From: Raillietiella orientalis
Taxonomy: Eukaryota
DNA length: 64,000 nucleotides
Direction: 5' to 3'
Assembly: GCA_036172245.1 (NCBI GenBank)
Contig: JAYWIR010000005.1
Span: 1,674,001 to 1,738,000, forward strand
The translations under genes and the position numbers were made by a program. A model generated the notes under the pieces. The model searched no databases. It was not told the origin of the DNA and saw nothing but the letters and a program-made list of their open reading frames with translations. Positions 24,176 to 35,679 of this stretch are shown here, piece by piece (within the stretch, counting starts at the first letter, position 1; each line of letters starts with the position of its first letter).

Positions 24176-25075
24176 ACCCGGTAACGACGGGGAGTTTATC
24201 AAGGAAAACAATAACCGTACAAGAGTGGTAGGACTCTAGGTCCTACCACATCCAATGGGAAAGACCATTCAGTTAGCCGGCGAAGTCAGCCTCGGGAACA
24301 GAAGGGGATGGAACGAACAAAAGTAAAAATAAACACATAAATATTTCGACTGTTGGGGAAAGGAGATCACAGTACGTTTTTATTTTTGGGGTCTTCTGCA
24401 TATTCTGCAGGATACTGACGACAAGTTCCTCCTTGTTTCCTCCTCTTCCCAAGTGGGACAACCGTGTCGAGATCCCCACGAAGCAGGCTCGCAGTAGATC
24501 GCGTCCTTCTCGTACTGGTCTCTTTCGGAGGCGCTCCAGGCCTCCACAGTCCCGCGAAGACAGCAAGCAGACAGCTGCGATCGACGCAGCGAGCTGAACT
24601 GCATCCTTACGAAGAGGCGCTTGATAGCGTCTCTGGGATTATCCACCGGGATGCGGAGGGTCGTCGCAATCCGCTCTCGTAGGGGTCGGAGGGCGGCACA
24701 GACAGCTAGCAGGTGCGGAGAGGGATTTCACGACACCTGGTACAGTTCGGGGCTACCCTCACCTTACTCCCTGGTCCAATAGTGCCGGCGACGTTTGCGA
24801 GGGAGATTCTGTTGGAATAGCAGCAACGGCGACTCCTACCGCTTCAGGGGAAGAGCATAGCCGCCCGTGAGCACCGTGGCCAGCTCCAGGCCATCCGGGG
24901 GAATCTCTAGGAACTCTGCCCGGTGGAGTAATCTTCCCGATGGGTGTCTTGGGGTCAGAGAACAGGGACAGCCCACGTACTGGCACTCACGAAGGGGTTT
25001 TCATCGTGGAATCTTGCAGGTCAGCTCCCTCTTTGCCATTGGGGAACTGCCCTTTAGAAAGACCAGAGCTGAGGC
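24176..25075 (-). mobile_element. Non-LTR retrotransposon (L1/Tx1-like) 3' fragment, copy b
   Basis: Reverse complement CCGAACTGTACCAGGTGT..CCGCACCTGCTAGCTGTCTGTGCCGCCCT..AATCCCAGAGA..AAGCGCCTCTTCGT..TAAACTCCCCGTCGTTACCGGG aligns end to end with 17765-18672. Confidence 0.72.
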
Positions 25076-25449
25076 AAGGGAGGAAAGGGGAGAGTCGCGC
25101 TGCGGAGCTCTGCGGACGTCCTTCCTCGGTGGCTCACGCGCCATCGCCATCCGCAGGACGTCGACAATCTCTGATAACGATGGAGGAACGGGATAGCAGG
25201 CACTTGGTTCGGGGAGAAGCGCGAGAAGGAAGGGGCGCGTGGGCAAACCCGGATGCTGGGAGACCAACGAAAAGGCGAGAGCAGAAGTAGCGCAAGGAAA
25301 AAAAAGAACGGCCGTCGGCAGAGGGCGCGCGCGCTCTCAACGGGTTTCTCCCCCGCGCGCAGCGACAGGAGCCGCTCCACGTGCCCCCTCCCTTCCCCTT
25401 CCTCGACTGGAGATTCCTTCCTTCTCCCACTCCGCACCGTCTCCCTCTG

Positions 25450-27950
25450 CCGCGACGGGCGGGAAAAATGATCTTGCGTGTCGCTTCCTTCCGGGAGAAG
25501 CGCGCTACCCGGCAGGCCCCATCCCGGCTGCTTCCTTTTCTCGCTGAGTCTGCTCCTCAGTTCCCTCTCGAGGACTCCGGGTGGCGCTCGCCAGGAGGTT
25601 CCCAGGAACGCATCTCTAGTGGAGAAGGGTCATCCTTACACCCCTCCCTCCTGCTCTTTTGCTCAGGAAGGGTTATCTGCGCAGTTTCTCTTTTCCCCTC
25701 TGTCGCTTCCAGGAGCTCCCGGAGCGACTTGCTCCTGCCGCCTAACGAGGAACCGCTCCCCGCAGGGCGAAGGGACTTCGGCGGTGGGATGCCCCACGGT
25801 TCGAAGTCATAGGAGGCACCTACGCGCGTCGGCGGGTCAACCGGCCTTGGGCGCCCTGCGGAGGAGCATCTTCCGAGAGGAGCAACCGCTTCCCAGTTTC
25901 TCTGCCCTCGTGGGCAGAGAAGCCGCGATCCTGAGTGCGTCGTTGCCAGGACGACGACGACAGCTAAGGATCCGCGCGCGCCGCCGCCTTCCGCTCTTGC
26001 TCGCGCCCGCCGGAAGGAGGGACCTTACGTGAGGCTTCCTCCCTTCTGCTCGACAGGAATTAGAGATTGAGAGAGGGGGTGCTTACTGATCGTAGGGCAG
26101 GAAAGGAGGATCTCGATAGGGGCGACCGCTCCTTCCTCCGGAGCTTCCGGTGGTGCTTCCAGGTGCCGCCCCTCTCCTGCTCGTGAGATCTCCTGCCTCC
26201 GCCATCTGCACTCGGAAGGACTCGTTCGCCGCGGCGGCGGCTTCCGCGCGGCCTCTCATGTACGGACGACAGCATAGCACCATCGGCCGTCCGCCCGCGA
26301 GCTTCTGCCTCTCCACCCCCCACCCCCTGCCCTCACCCCTCCCATCCGTTCTCGCCCGCCCGCCTTTTCGTCGCGCCGCCGCCGCCCTCCTCCCTCGTCG
26401 CCAGGAGCGACCGTGGCGTCGCGGAGGCAAGTTCCTCTTGGGGCTGCCCCCTCCACCGTGCCCCCGCTTCCAAACACCGTTGTCATGAGCGACCAGCGCA
26501 ATTAACGGGCACATTCGTCCGGACGCCACAGACTTCCATTGTTCCATTGTTGCGAGCGCGGAGCTGCATCCCCCTGATTCGTCAGCCGGACGCCTTTTCT
26601 TTCCCTAGAGACGAAAAAAAACACACACACACAAGGATGGAAACCGAATCTCCTTGACCACCACTGGGAGCTTCTTGTCCACGTTGGTAATTCGGGCTTT
26701 TGGTGCCCGTGCGATGCACTGCTCATGGTCGCGGCGAGCCCCCGCCCATCGAAGTCCCTGTAAGAGAGGCTCAGATGCAGGAACGGGGAGGGAGGAGCCG
26801 TCGCAACCCTTCACGTGCACCGCTAGAATGTCATGGGGCCGGCGCGCAGAGTGGGGGGCTCCCTGCCGTGAGTCCCCCAGCATCTTTGAGGTTCCGTGGC
26901 CACCCAGCTTGCCAGGACATGATGAGGACCTCGGATTCCCGAGAGAGGCCCTCGCGCTGCGTTCCCCTCGTGCGTGTTCCTCCCTCAAGAGAGGAGCATC
27001 CAGAGCATCCAGCTGTCTTTCCAGACCCATAACCAGGGATGAGTGGGAGTGGTGGGGAGGGAAAGCTTGGGACCAAAGCAGCAGCCGGTCCTTCCATCCC
27101 TCGGGAAGCTGCGAGAGAGATGGAGGCATCGCTCGGGAAGCGGTTCCCGGCGCTCCGAACTCCTTTGTGACAGGACCCGGTTGCCGCCATCGTTCCCGTC
27201 TGGATCAGCAGCGGATCAAAGACTGCGAAATCCCCACTTAGCAGCTCCGAAGTCGCTCGCAAATCAGGCCGCGCTTCCTGGAACGAAATTACGGGACTCT
27301 CGCAAGGAGTTCACGCACATTCCTTCCTCTTCGGAACTTCAGGAAGATGAGGAGGGGAACGTGCTGTTGCTGCTGCTGCTGCTGCTGCTCGGATCCGAGA
27401 AAGTTCTGCTGCGTTCTATTTTTACGCGGATTTTTTCTTCCTGTTTTTTTTTTTTTTGTTCCTCCTTGTCTCCTCTCTTACCCGGGTTTGAAGCTCCTCG
27501 CTCTGGGGGAGGAAAAGAAAAGTTCCCTCCCTTTCTTTGGGAGACGAGCGAAGAGAAGGACTACCAGGTCCTGGGACCACCTCGCCTCGCCAATGATGGG
27601 ACGGATGGATGCACTGCCCTCCGTCGCTGCTGGATGGGCGTCAACTCTTCCGCGCGCGCGCGCGCGGGCGGATGGGCGGAGGAGGGGGAGGGGAAGGGGG
27701 GGGAGTCGTGTGCAGCGTGAACCTCCGCAGCCGCCGCGGCGATCGGAATTCGCGAGCGGACCTTCGGCGCCGTGATGGGCGTTCCGTGACAAATCCCACG
27801 GCCGGGGCCGGCTGGACGTCATGCACGCACGCGTATCTTCGGGGAACGCACGCAACACTTTCGGGAGGATGGATGGCCCTTGCGGGAGCAATCGGCGCTG
27901 GCATCCCGGTCGGAACGCGATGATGGTCGCCCGAGCCGCCCCTTTCGCGG
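25450..27950 (+). mobile_element. Decayed Ty3/gypsy pol (RT, RNase H, integrase)
   Basis: ICAVSLF..LPAGRRDFGGGMPHGSK (25381..25812); PALGAL..SFSALVGREAAIL (25478..26032); FCLSTPHP..PSVLAR (26150..26488); SLPGHDE..SLKRGASRASSC (26654..27241); LRDSRKEFT..LSPLLPG..FPPF (27043..27720). Confidence 0.6.
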
Positions 27951-28374
27951 GGCACTGCGGGAGCCCCCCCTTCACGGGTGGCGGCGATGCAGGGCTCCCT
28001 CATCGTCCTTCGTCGCCCGGGGCGACCACTGGTCGTCGCTCACCTCTTCTTCCGCGGCTTCGACCGCCCGAGCCGGCGTCCTTTCCGCAGCACGAGCGCG
28101 CGCGCGAGCGACAGTAAGCGGGAAGAGGGAGGAGGAGGAGGAAAGCCATCTCTGCGGCCCGGTGTCCGCCGCTGCCGCCGCCCGCGCATGCGCGAGGAAG
28201 AAGGAACGCGCGCGCGCGCGCACAGAACGTGGGGAGGAAGGAGGAGGGAGAACGCGATGGAGAACGAAAATGAAAAAAAAAATGAGACAGAAATAACTTT
28301 ATTTTAACTTCCTCGAATTGTTGCTCCGCCGGAACGTAACATATGATGCCAATAAAAATGGAGAGGTTCCTCTT

Positions 28375-28452
28375 TTTTTTTTTTTGTTTCTTTCTCCTCC
28401 TCCACCTTCCTCTCTCTTTTTTTTTTTTTCCTTTCCTTTTCTTTTCTTTTCT

Positions 28453-28483
<31 letters not shown>

Positions 28484-28490
28484 TTGTGCG
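28375..28490. repeat. Polypyrimidine / (CT)n tract
   Basis: T/C runs and CT dinucleotide repeats. Confidence 0.9.
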
Positions 28491-28659
28491 TGTGTTCTCT
28501 TTTGTTCGGGAGAATGTGACGTCCTAACTGGCGAACGTGTAGGATCAATTTATCACTTCGCAGGACGCCAGCGCCGAAGTAATGGATAATGACGTTTCAT
28601 TTTTCATTCTCGCGGAGTCCCCGGAATGAATCGGCAGGCAGATTAGCCTCTCGCTGGTT

Positions 28660-31100
28660 ATGACAGCGAGTTTCGACAAGATTCATGTTTTCGCGAAACT
28701 CCTCGCCACGGCGCAACGGGAAGAGGCCGGAGAATTGATGAGGAAAATTGACTTTGAACATAAAGGAATACGGCTTGCCATTGATTTCCGAATACTTCGG
28801 AGAGGTTTCGCTGCACTCCCACTTTTTTTTTTCTTCTTCGAAATAGTTTTACCCTTCGTCTTCTCTTCCCCCTTTTATCCCTCCTCCTCCCTCCTTTTTT
28901 TTTTTCTCTTCTTTCCCCTGCCTTTCTGGAAAGAAGGGATCCAGCACCGCTTTCGTTCTGCTAAACACTACGGGGAACGCGGCAGCGGAAAGAGCGATGA
29001 GACAAACGGGCTGTCGGCATGGTTACGGCAGGCAACGGGACGCTCGCTGAGAACGTTTTCGATTGTTGTTTATTTATAGCGGCGCTGTACCGTACCGCTG
29101 CGCGCTCGCCTCCATCTTGGGAGGAAGGCGCAGCCCTGCCTGGCGCTCCACTAGAGCACCGGGGGTGCCTGCAACAGGTTCCCTAAGTGTGGACAGGAGA
29201 CCCGGAGAGCGTTCCGATATGAGGGAGGAAGGCCGGGCGCGCGGAAACGCCCACACGCGTCGGTGGTGCGCTGCTCTCCCGCGGACGGGAAAAAGGCGTG
29301 TCGAAAATCCGAGGCAGGAAAGAAAGCGGATGGCGCCGCCGCTCGCGCGCTGCTTCCTCACCACAAGAGCATCTCCCCGGGACCCGTTCCCGGATCAGGG
29401 TTCTCCCTGGAAAAGAATTAGAGCAGGTTAACAGGTTACGGGCGAGAGAGTCCCGTCCGGGAACAAAGCGAAAAAGGGAGGGCGAAACGTCCCTCAGGTT
29501 TTCTGTGTGTGTTCCAAACGGGACGCGCGCGCCTTTCCTGTGGCGAGCCCGGCCGGAAAAGTCGCGCGGATCCTGCCCGGGGTCGCCCCACCTCGACGCA
29601 GGAAGAAGGGTCGGTCGGCGCTCGCCATGCGAGGAGGCGTTCCCCCTCCGGAGAGCAAATATTTGAAGGGGACGAGAGGACGAGGCTGGGTTTCCCCCCG
29701 GTCGCGAGCGTCTCCTGGGTTCCCGCTTCCGCCCCGCACGGCTCGAGAGCGCGCGGTTCCAGGGGGGAGGGAGAAATCTCGGGTTACGTTCAAGCACGCG
29801 AAGACAAGCAGAAGAAGAGGAAGAACAAAAAAAAAAGACAGGATGAAGACGAAAGGGGGAGGAGAGGCAGGAAAAACGCGTCGTCCGCGGGCAGTCCTAC
29901 TTTTTGGAAATCGCGCTAAGCCCTATTTTAACTCTATTGATTCCACCAGAGCGCTCGGATGTTCCCGGTGAAACGACTTTTGTTTTTTCGACAAGGGAAC
30001 AAATTTACTGTTGAAAGGAGCGATCCATCATTGTCAGTAGGGGTGCATTCGCAGCCAGGATTTTTTCTTTTTTTGCGGACTCGGGGACGCGGGAGACGTT
30101 CCGAAATGTTTTCGGTATGCGGGAACGGGAGACAGCGCCTGGAGAGCTAATTAATAATGGCGGAGAGAAGGCGAACTCGGCGTCCGATGCCTCGGGAAGA
30201 GGCGGTCGGGGGAGGAGGAAGTTGCTTTTCCCGGCCGCAGCGAGGCGCCAGCTCCCAGCTTTGGAACGAACGAACGCCCCCGTGACAGCGCCGGCGACAG
30301 CGCTCGTCTCGCTCGCGCTAGGCGCGCGCGCGCCGGACAGTGGCGAGTGGTGCCGAGGAGTCCGTCGGGCGATCGAGGCCGAGCGGAGCGCCTCCGAGGC
30401 AACCCCCGAAGGACCTCGCCGCCTTCCCGTCCATCATTCCCGCTCCCCCGCCTTCCCGTCCATCATTCCCGCTCCCCTGCCTCCCCTCTGCCCCTCCTTT
30501 CGTGCGTTCCCCGAATCCTCGCCGGAAAAAAGTCACGGCATTTATTTTCCATGGCGGCCACACCGGCTCCGATCGCCGCTGCGGATCCCCCCGCAGGAAA
30601 ACGGCTAGGCGGAGGGTGACCGCCGCATGGGGCACGACGCGAGCAGCAGCAGCAGCAGCAGCAGCTCGGCCGCCGCCGGGCGCACTCGTCAGCCCGGAGT
30701 CAGCGCAGCGGTAACTTTATCTTGGCCGAAGGTGCCTCCATTTGGTCTCCTCTCGGCACCGACCGGCTTCCACCTCCCCGACGACCTCCGCGCGATCCGT
30801 TCCGCTCCCTACGAGAGCGAAACTGCGTGGACGCCACCACCTCGGTCGCGACACTGCCTCGAGGCTCTCGCAGGGAAACGCCGGCTGCCGCCGACCCGAT
30901 GCATGAGGTTCGATCAGCGTTCCCATGGACATCGGGCGTCGTCGGTAGGTTGAGGGTTGCGTTCCCCCTTCCAGTTCCTTACGCGGCAGTTGCCGCGGCA
31001 ACGGTCCTCGCCCCCGCCTGTCTGCGGCGGGGCAGATAGACTCGCTCCTGCAGACGCTGAGCGCCCTTGCGGCCGGCACCGCGAAAGTCGCTCCCGCTGC
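28660..31100 (+). mobile_element. Decayed Ty3/gypsy pol (RT, RNase H, integrase)
   Basis: KGIRLAIDFRIL..SIVVYL (28660..29079), PKCG; PVASPAGK..KYLKGT (29507..29971); RLLFFRQGNKFTVE..VHSQPG (29959..30150); RLPVHHSRSPAFPS..PPQENG*AE (30117..30608). Confidence 0.7.
30420..30477. repeat. Perfect 29-bp tandem duplication
   Basis: CGCCTTCCCGTCCATCATTCCCGCTCCCC x2 (30420-30448, 30449-30477). Confidence 0.95.
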
Positions 31101-31125
31101 TGCCCTGAGGGTCGCAAAGAGCAGC

Positions 31126-31290
31126 AGAAAGGGAGAGGAAGAGAAGAGGAGGAGGAGGAAGAAAGGGAAGAGGGGGAGGAGAAGTAGGAGGAAGGGAAGA
31201 AAAGGATGGAAAGGATGGTTAAAAAGGGAGAAAGGCAGGAGAAGAGGAAAAGAGAAGGGAGCGAGGAGGAATAGAGGAAGAGAAGAACCA
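31126..31290. repeat. Polypurine tract between two tail-to-tail relics
   Basis: Almost exclusively A/G on the + strand. Confidence 0.9.
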
Positions 31291-31499
31291 ACGTCCTTCC
31301 CCTCTAGGAAGAGTCAGCAGCGCTGCCTTCGCCTTTTCCGGGAGCGGAGGAGGAGGAGAGAAGGAGCAGCTTTGATTGGCTGGCGTCGGATGCGGGCGTC
31401 CGCGGAGCGCGCCATCCAGGATCAGGCCCGGCGGAAGTACTCTCCGGGAGCGAGGCGTCTAAGGGAGCGGCGGCCCTGGAGGAGAAAGGAGGCGAGGAA

Positions 31500-34400
31500 G
31501 GTGGCGCGATCTGCTTCTCCTTCTCTGACGCTTCCCCAAATGACTCGGAGTCTCGCAGGGTCATCCACCCTCTCTCATCATCAGACGCCCTGACCTTTCC
31601 TGCGAGAGGGTCGCCGCCGCCGTCCTGAAGCCTCCAGGGACGCTCACAACCTTTTCTGAATGCGGCCGGGTCGGCGGAGCGACCCAGGCTCCCCTCGTGC
31701 CGCGACGAGGAACTCGAAGCCCTCGCCGGCGGCTCGACCTGGTGAGGCCCGAGCAAGCCATGGAACGGCCCTCCAGGAGGCCTTCGCGGTCGCATCTGAC
31801 CGTCTCGGGGCTTTCGGAGAGGCGAGGAGAAGGACACGCAGGCGGGTCCCCTTACCCTTCCCTCGCAGTCCCTTCGCTCCCGCTCCCTCCACCAAAGCGT
31901 CTTCCACGGACCTCTTCCCACGAAGTCCTCCCAGTGACCCGTGTTCGCGAGTCTTTCGCATCCACACGCGACCTTTCGGAGAGGCCTCGGGCGGAGAGTG
32001 GCATCCCAATCTTGCGGGAGATAGCGTTCTTTCCGCCCCATGTGTCGCGTGGCCCCCGCAGAGGTCTTCTTCGTCTCGGGAGAGCTGTCGGGAGCCACCG
32101 GGCGCCACCGGGTAGAGAGGCTGTCGAGGGCGGACCTCACCGAGGAAGCCGAGCCATGGGAAGCCATGGCAGAGGACCGCGGCCACTCCGCCGCTGCCGC
32201 CACTCAGAGTTCAGTCCTGGAAGAGGCAGCGCCGAAGATGACCTTGGAGAAGAGCGCCACAGTGGCGCCCGACTCCCCCGAGCCACCGCTTCTTCTCCTT
32301 CCTCCGCCTCGACGCGCGGCTGATGGTCAACTTCGAAGTGGAGGCTGCTACTGACGGCAGCCGGCAGGTCCGGTTCCAGAGTACCGGAAGTCTGCGACCC
32401 CTCCTCCCTTTTATGCATCTCAAGCTCTCCTTCCCTGGGCCCCTCTGCAGGGGATGGCAGGGCTGCACCAGACCTGCTGTGTCTTCCCAGGCGTCCGCTC
32501 TTCCGCTGACGGAGTTCGTACAGAACCATCGTCGTTGTCATTAATGTCGCCACCATCTTCCTCTTCCCCTTCCCTTCCATCCCCCCCCCCCCTCATCATC
32601 ATTCTTTTCCCTCTGTTTTGGGTGCGTCCGGTCAAACAGAAATTCCGCCACGAGTCCTTCAGCGCTCCCGCAAAGAGCGACCAGTGCGAAGCGACGACAA
32701 GAGTTTCCCCCTGGATGGGGGGCCGGAGGCACCCTTGAAAACGAAGCGCCATCGAGAGCGACGCGGGAGACCTCGCCCACTGGGAAGCAGCCGGAACCTC
32801 GGGTCGGCCGGCTCCCCTGCCGGACGTCTGCTCGCAGAAGGCATAGGCCGCAGGCGGGTGGCTGCGGAGACGCCCTTCCGTCCGGATCGCCTTTTGTCTC
32901 GGGCCCGCTCTCCTCCCGTTCAGGACCTCCCTACTCCAGCGGGATAGCCGTCCTCCAGTGCTGCCCTTGCATCCAGGTAGGGCACACAACGACGACGGCC
33001 TTTGTTGCCTCCCCCCCCGGAGCCTCGTTAATGACTCACGGAACGCGGCGAGCCGAGAGCCGCTAATGGCTCACGGAACGCGATAAATTAAATATCTTGA
33101 ATGACCCATTAAGCGCAGCAGATGAATTTTTAAGATGAAGTTGGTGGAGGTGCTCCCTCTTTCGCAAGTTTGGGCCGCCCTCCTTCCGCCGGAATGATTT
33201 CTCGCGTGCTTGAATGCCACGAGCGCTGCCTTCCGTGAGGGCGCTGCCGTCTCAGCCTCCAGGTCCGGAATTCCAGGAGGAGGAGCAGAGGAGGAGGAAA
33301 AGGGGAAGAGAAGGAAAAGAGGAAGTGGAGGAAGGGAAGAGGAGGAAAGAAGGAGGAAGGGAGAAGGAAGAGGAAGGATGGAGATGGAGGAGGTGGAAAA
33401 GAAGGAGTGAAGAACGAGGAGGAAGAAGGGAGGAGTCTCGTGAGTTTTCTAACGTCGTAGGGCGTGCTGTGCAAAGCACCCGCTGGCAGCGAGAAGCGGT
33501 ACTATTCAGATCATCCTTGGGGTAGTCCAGCTGGGAGCGCGGGCGGCGGGCAGGGAGCTCCTGGTTCCGTAGGCTTCCCCTTGGGAGGGGGGCAGGAAGG
33601 CGAAATGGTATCCCTGGTGCGTTTCTTCTCTTGGTGGTGAACCCACTGGCGAGACCACTCGGTCTTCTTCCCCTTCCAGATTTCCAGCCGAGTGCGGAGG
33701 CTGCGGAGCGGTCTCCGGGCAACGGGTGGCATAGGTCAACGCCGCTGATGGGCTTGTCCAATTCCAGGCTTTCCTGCCCCGCGACCGGGAGTCCTGCCTC
33801 CTCTCTGCAGAGGGAGCTCCCCGTCTGTGCACTCCTGCAGAGCTGCCGCCTCGCACCGACTGATTCCGGAGGGGCCCACGCGGATTCCCCCCGAAACTGC
33901 GGGAAGCCGAAGGGAACGGAGCAGGCCTCATCGCCTGCTGCCGATACAGAGCCTTCCCCTCTCGCCTGAGGGTGAAGCTCTCCTCTCCCGGAGCGCGTCC
34001 GCAGTTGCCTGGGAGACCGTGGTTCCCTCGTCACGCCCCTGCCGCACGCGCGTCACCAGCGCTTCTGGTACATGCGCGTGCGCGCTGCTCCCCCCCTCCC
34101 CCATCAGAAACACAGGAACGTCAGCGTCTAGCGATCTGGAATTTCGGCTTCCCGACGCAGCGTCCGCCTTCCTACGAGCACCCTGAGTTCTCCTCCCCTT
34201 TCCCAGAACTTGTCGCTCGGAGAGGTCGTGCTCTTCCTAGCCGCGGGGTGGGTAGGGTGTGGCTAGTGTCCGAGGGACCACGCACACAGCAACGCAGCTC
34301 GCTGCTTGGTCGAGCAGCGCCGTTCTTCTTCGATGGCGGGAAACCATGAGACGAGACGGGGGTCCACTTGGAAACGCTCCAGATGCTGCGGACCCTGAAT

Positions 34401-35620
34401 CTGAGCGATAGAGCTGTCTGCCTTCGCAGGCCAGCGGGGTTGCCCGGAGCAGCTTCGGGAAAGCGGCAGCAACCCGCCCGCAGGTCCATACCGCGCGCTC
34501 GCCCTCGTATGTCTGTCCAGCGTGGACGCCGTCGCGGACCTGAAGACTGGACGCGGCCGCTGCAGCTGCCCCGAACTTCTTCGGCGGCTGCCAGATCCGC
34601 CGCGAGGGTGACGCATGGTCACGCCCATCAGCAAGCAGCAGTACGGAGGTGCAACCGCCCTTCCGCGCAGGGGAGCCCGGGCAGCGGGCTTGAGCCGCCG
34701 AAGAATCGCCCGCGAGAGGGAGCGCCGCAGGACGTCCCGCAGTGAACGGCGCAGATCAACGACGCACGTCCGACGCGGGAATGATTCGTCGAAGGCTGCG
34801 CCGTGGGTCGCAGCCTGCGGGCCGTCAGCACTCCCTGCGTAAGAGTCGGGGACGTCTCTCAGGCGGGGATTCCCACCCTGCGGATCGCGTGGGCCGGGAG
34901 TCGAGCCCTATAAACACGAAGAGTTTGACTTCTTCTCATCCTCTTCCTTCCCTCCCTCCCTCCTCTTCCTCGCTTTCTCCGTGTTTCCTCCTCCTCCTTT
35001 CCGCCCCCCTTGTTGCCTTCGTCCAAGTCCACCCGGTGAGCGCGGGAACCGCATCGCGTCGCCTGAGGAGGATGTCTTTGGTGGAGTTCCCCCGGATGGA
35101 ATGAGTGCGGTCGGGACTCGCCGGGGGGACGCTAAGCTTCGTAGAGGCCTCCTTAGGAGGTCTCCCCTTTCGCCTTCAGCGAGGACTGAACCGAGCACGG
35201 CACCGCCTGCTTCTGGAAGTGGGCCAGGAGGAGGATCCCGATGGCGACAGCATGCTTGAAGGGGAGGAGGAGGAGGTCTACTCCCTTGAAGATGGCCACC
35301 TCGGGATGGCGGGGCACCCGCGCTTGCAGGGACGAGGAGGGATGCGCAGGAGGCGATCGGCGGAGAACGGGCGATCGGAGCCACCCGTTCTCGACTCGAG
35401 GCAAGGGTCGGGGTGCCCGCCCTTGGTGCGCAGCCGGACATGCCGAGTAACCTTTCGCGCGGGCGCTGCCACTCCCCGGAGGCCTCGCCCTCGAAGCGCA
35501 GCCGTGGGCCGAGCACGCCCTCCGTTCTTCCCGCCCGCGAGTGCGGGGTTCCTCGGCGGTGACACTCCCTGGGGGCCTCCCCTGCCTCTGCTCCTCCGGG
35601 AAAGCCCGCGGCACGTCATG
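31500..35620 (-). mobile_element. Decayed near full-length Ty3/gypsy gag-pol
   Basis: Collinear on minus: gag LLLAHF..KGETS (35153..35614), knuckle CGTSCG..LPC..HLRTAAC (34628..34831), protease KADSSIAQIQG (34263..34634), RT VPFG..LDKPISGVDLCHPLP..GLASGF (33252..34034), RNase H PAAYAF..IQGETLVVASHWSL (32420..32989), IN GGHATHGAERTL, GPWKTLWW, ARGEPGSL, AFRKGCE..DERGWMTLR (31644..32186, 31304..32203). Confidence 0.72.
33277..33435. repeat. Polypurine tract inside a gypsy RT relic
   Basis: GGA/GAA-rich run on the + strand. Confidence 0.9.
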
Positions 35621-35679
35621 AGCCCCATCTTTCGGGCGCTCCCTCGCATGCCGGAGGCGTGAGCGCGCAATCGAAGATG

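Noticed and set aside
26650..27260. L1-type post-RT region on the minus strand (WKDRLLLW, GKLGGHG), also considered for 43500-44130
   Set aside because: On the plus strand both segments continue an RT-RNase H series as the integrase zinc/core region, which also explains their mutual similarity.
35150..35450. Second BTB-like segment (HPEVAIFKGVD ... SLKAKG)
   Set aside because: LLLAHF..KGETS matches the gag L..HF..Q..GE motif and occupies the gag position of a collinear gag-pol.
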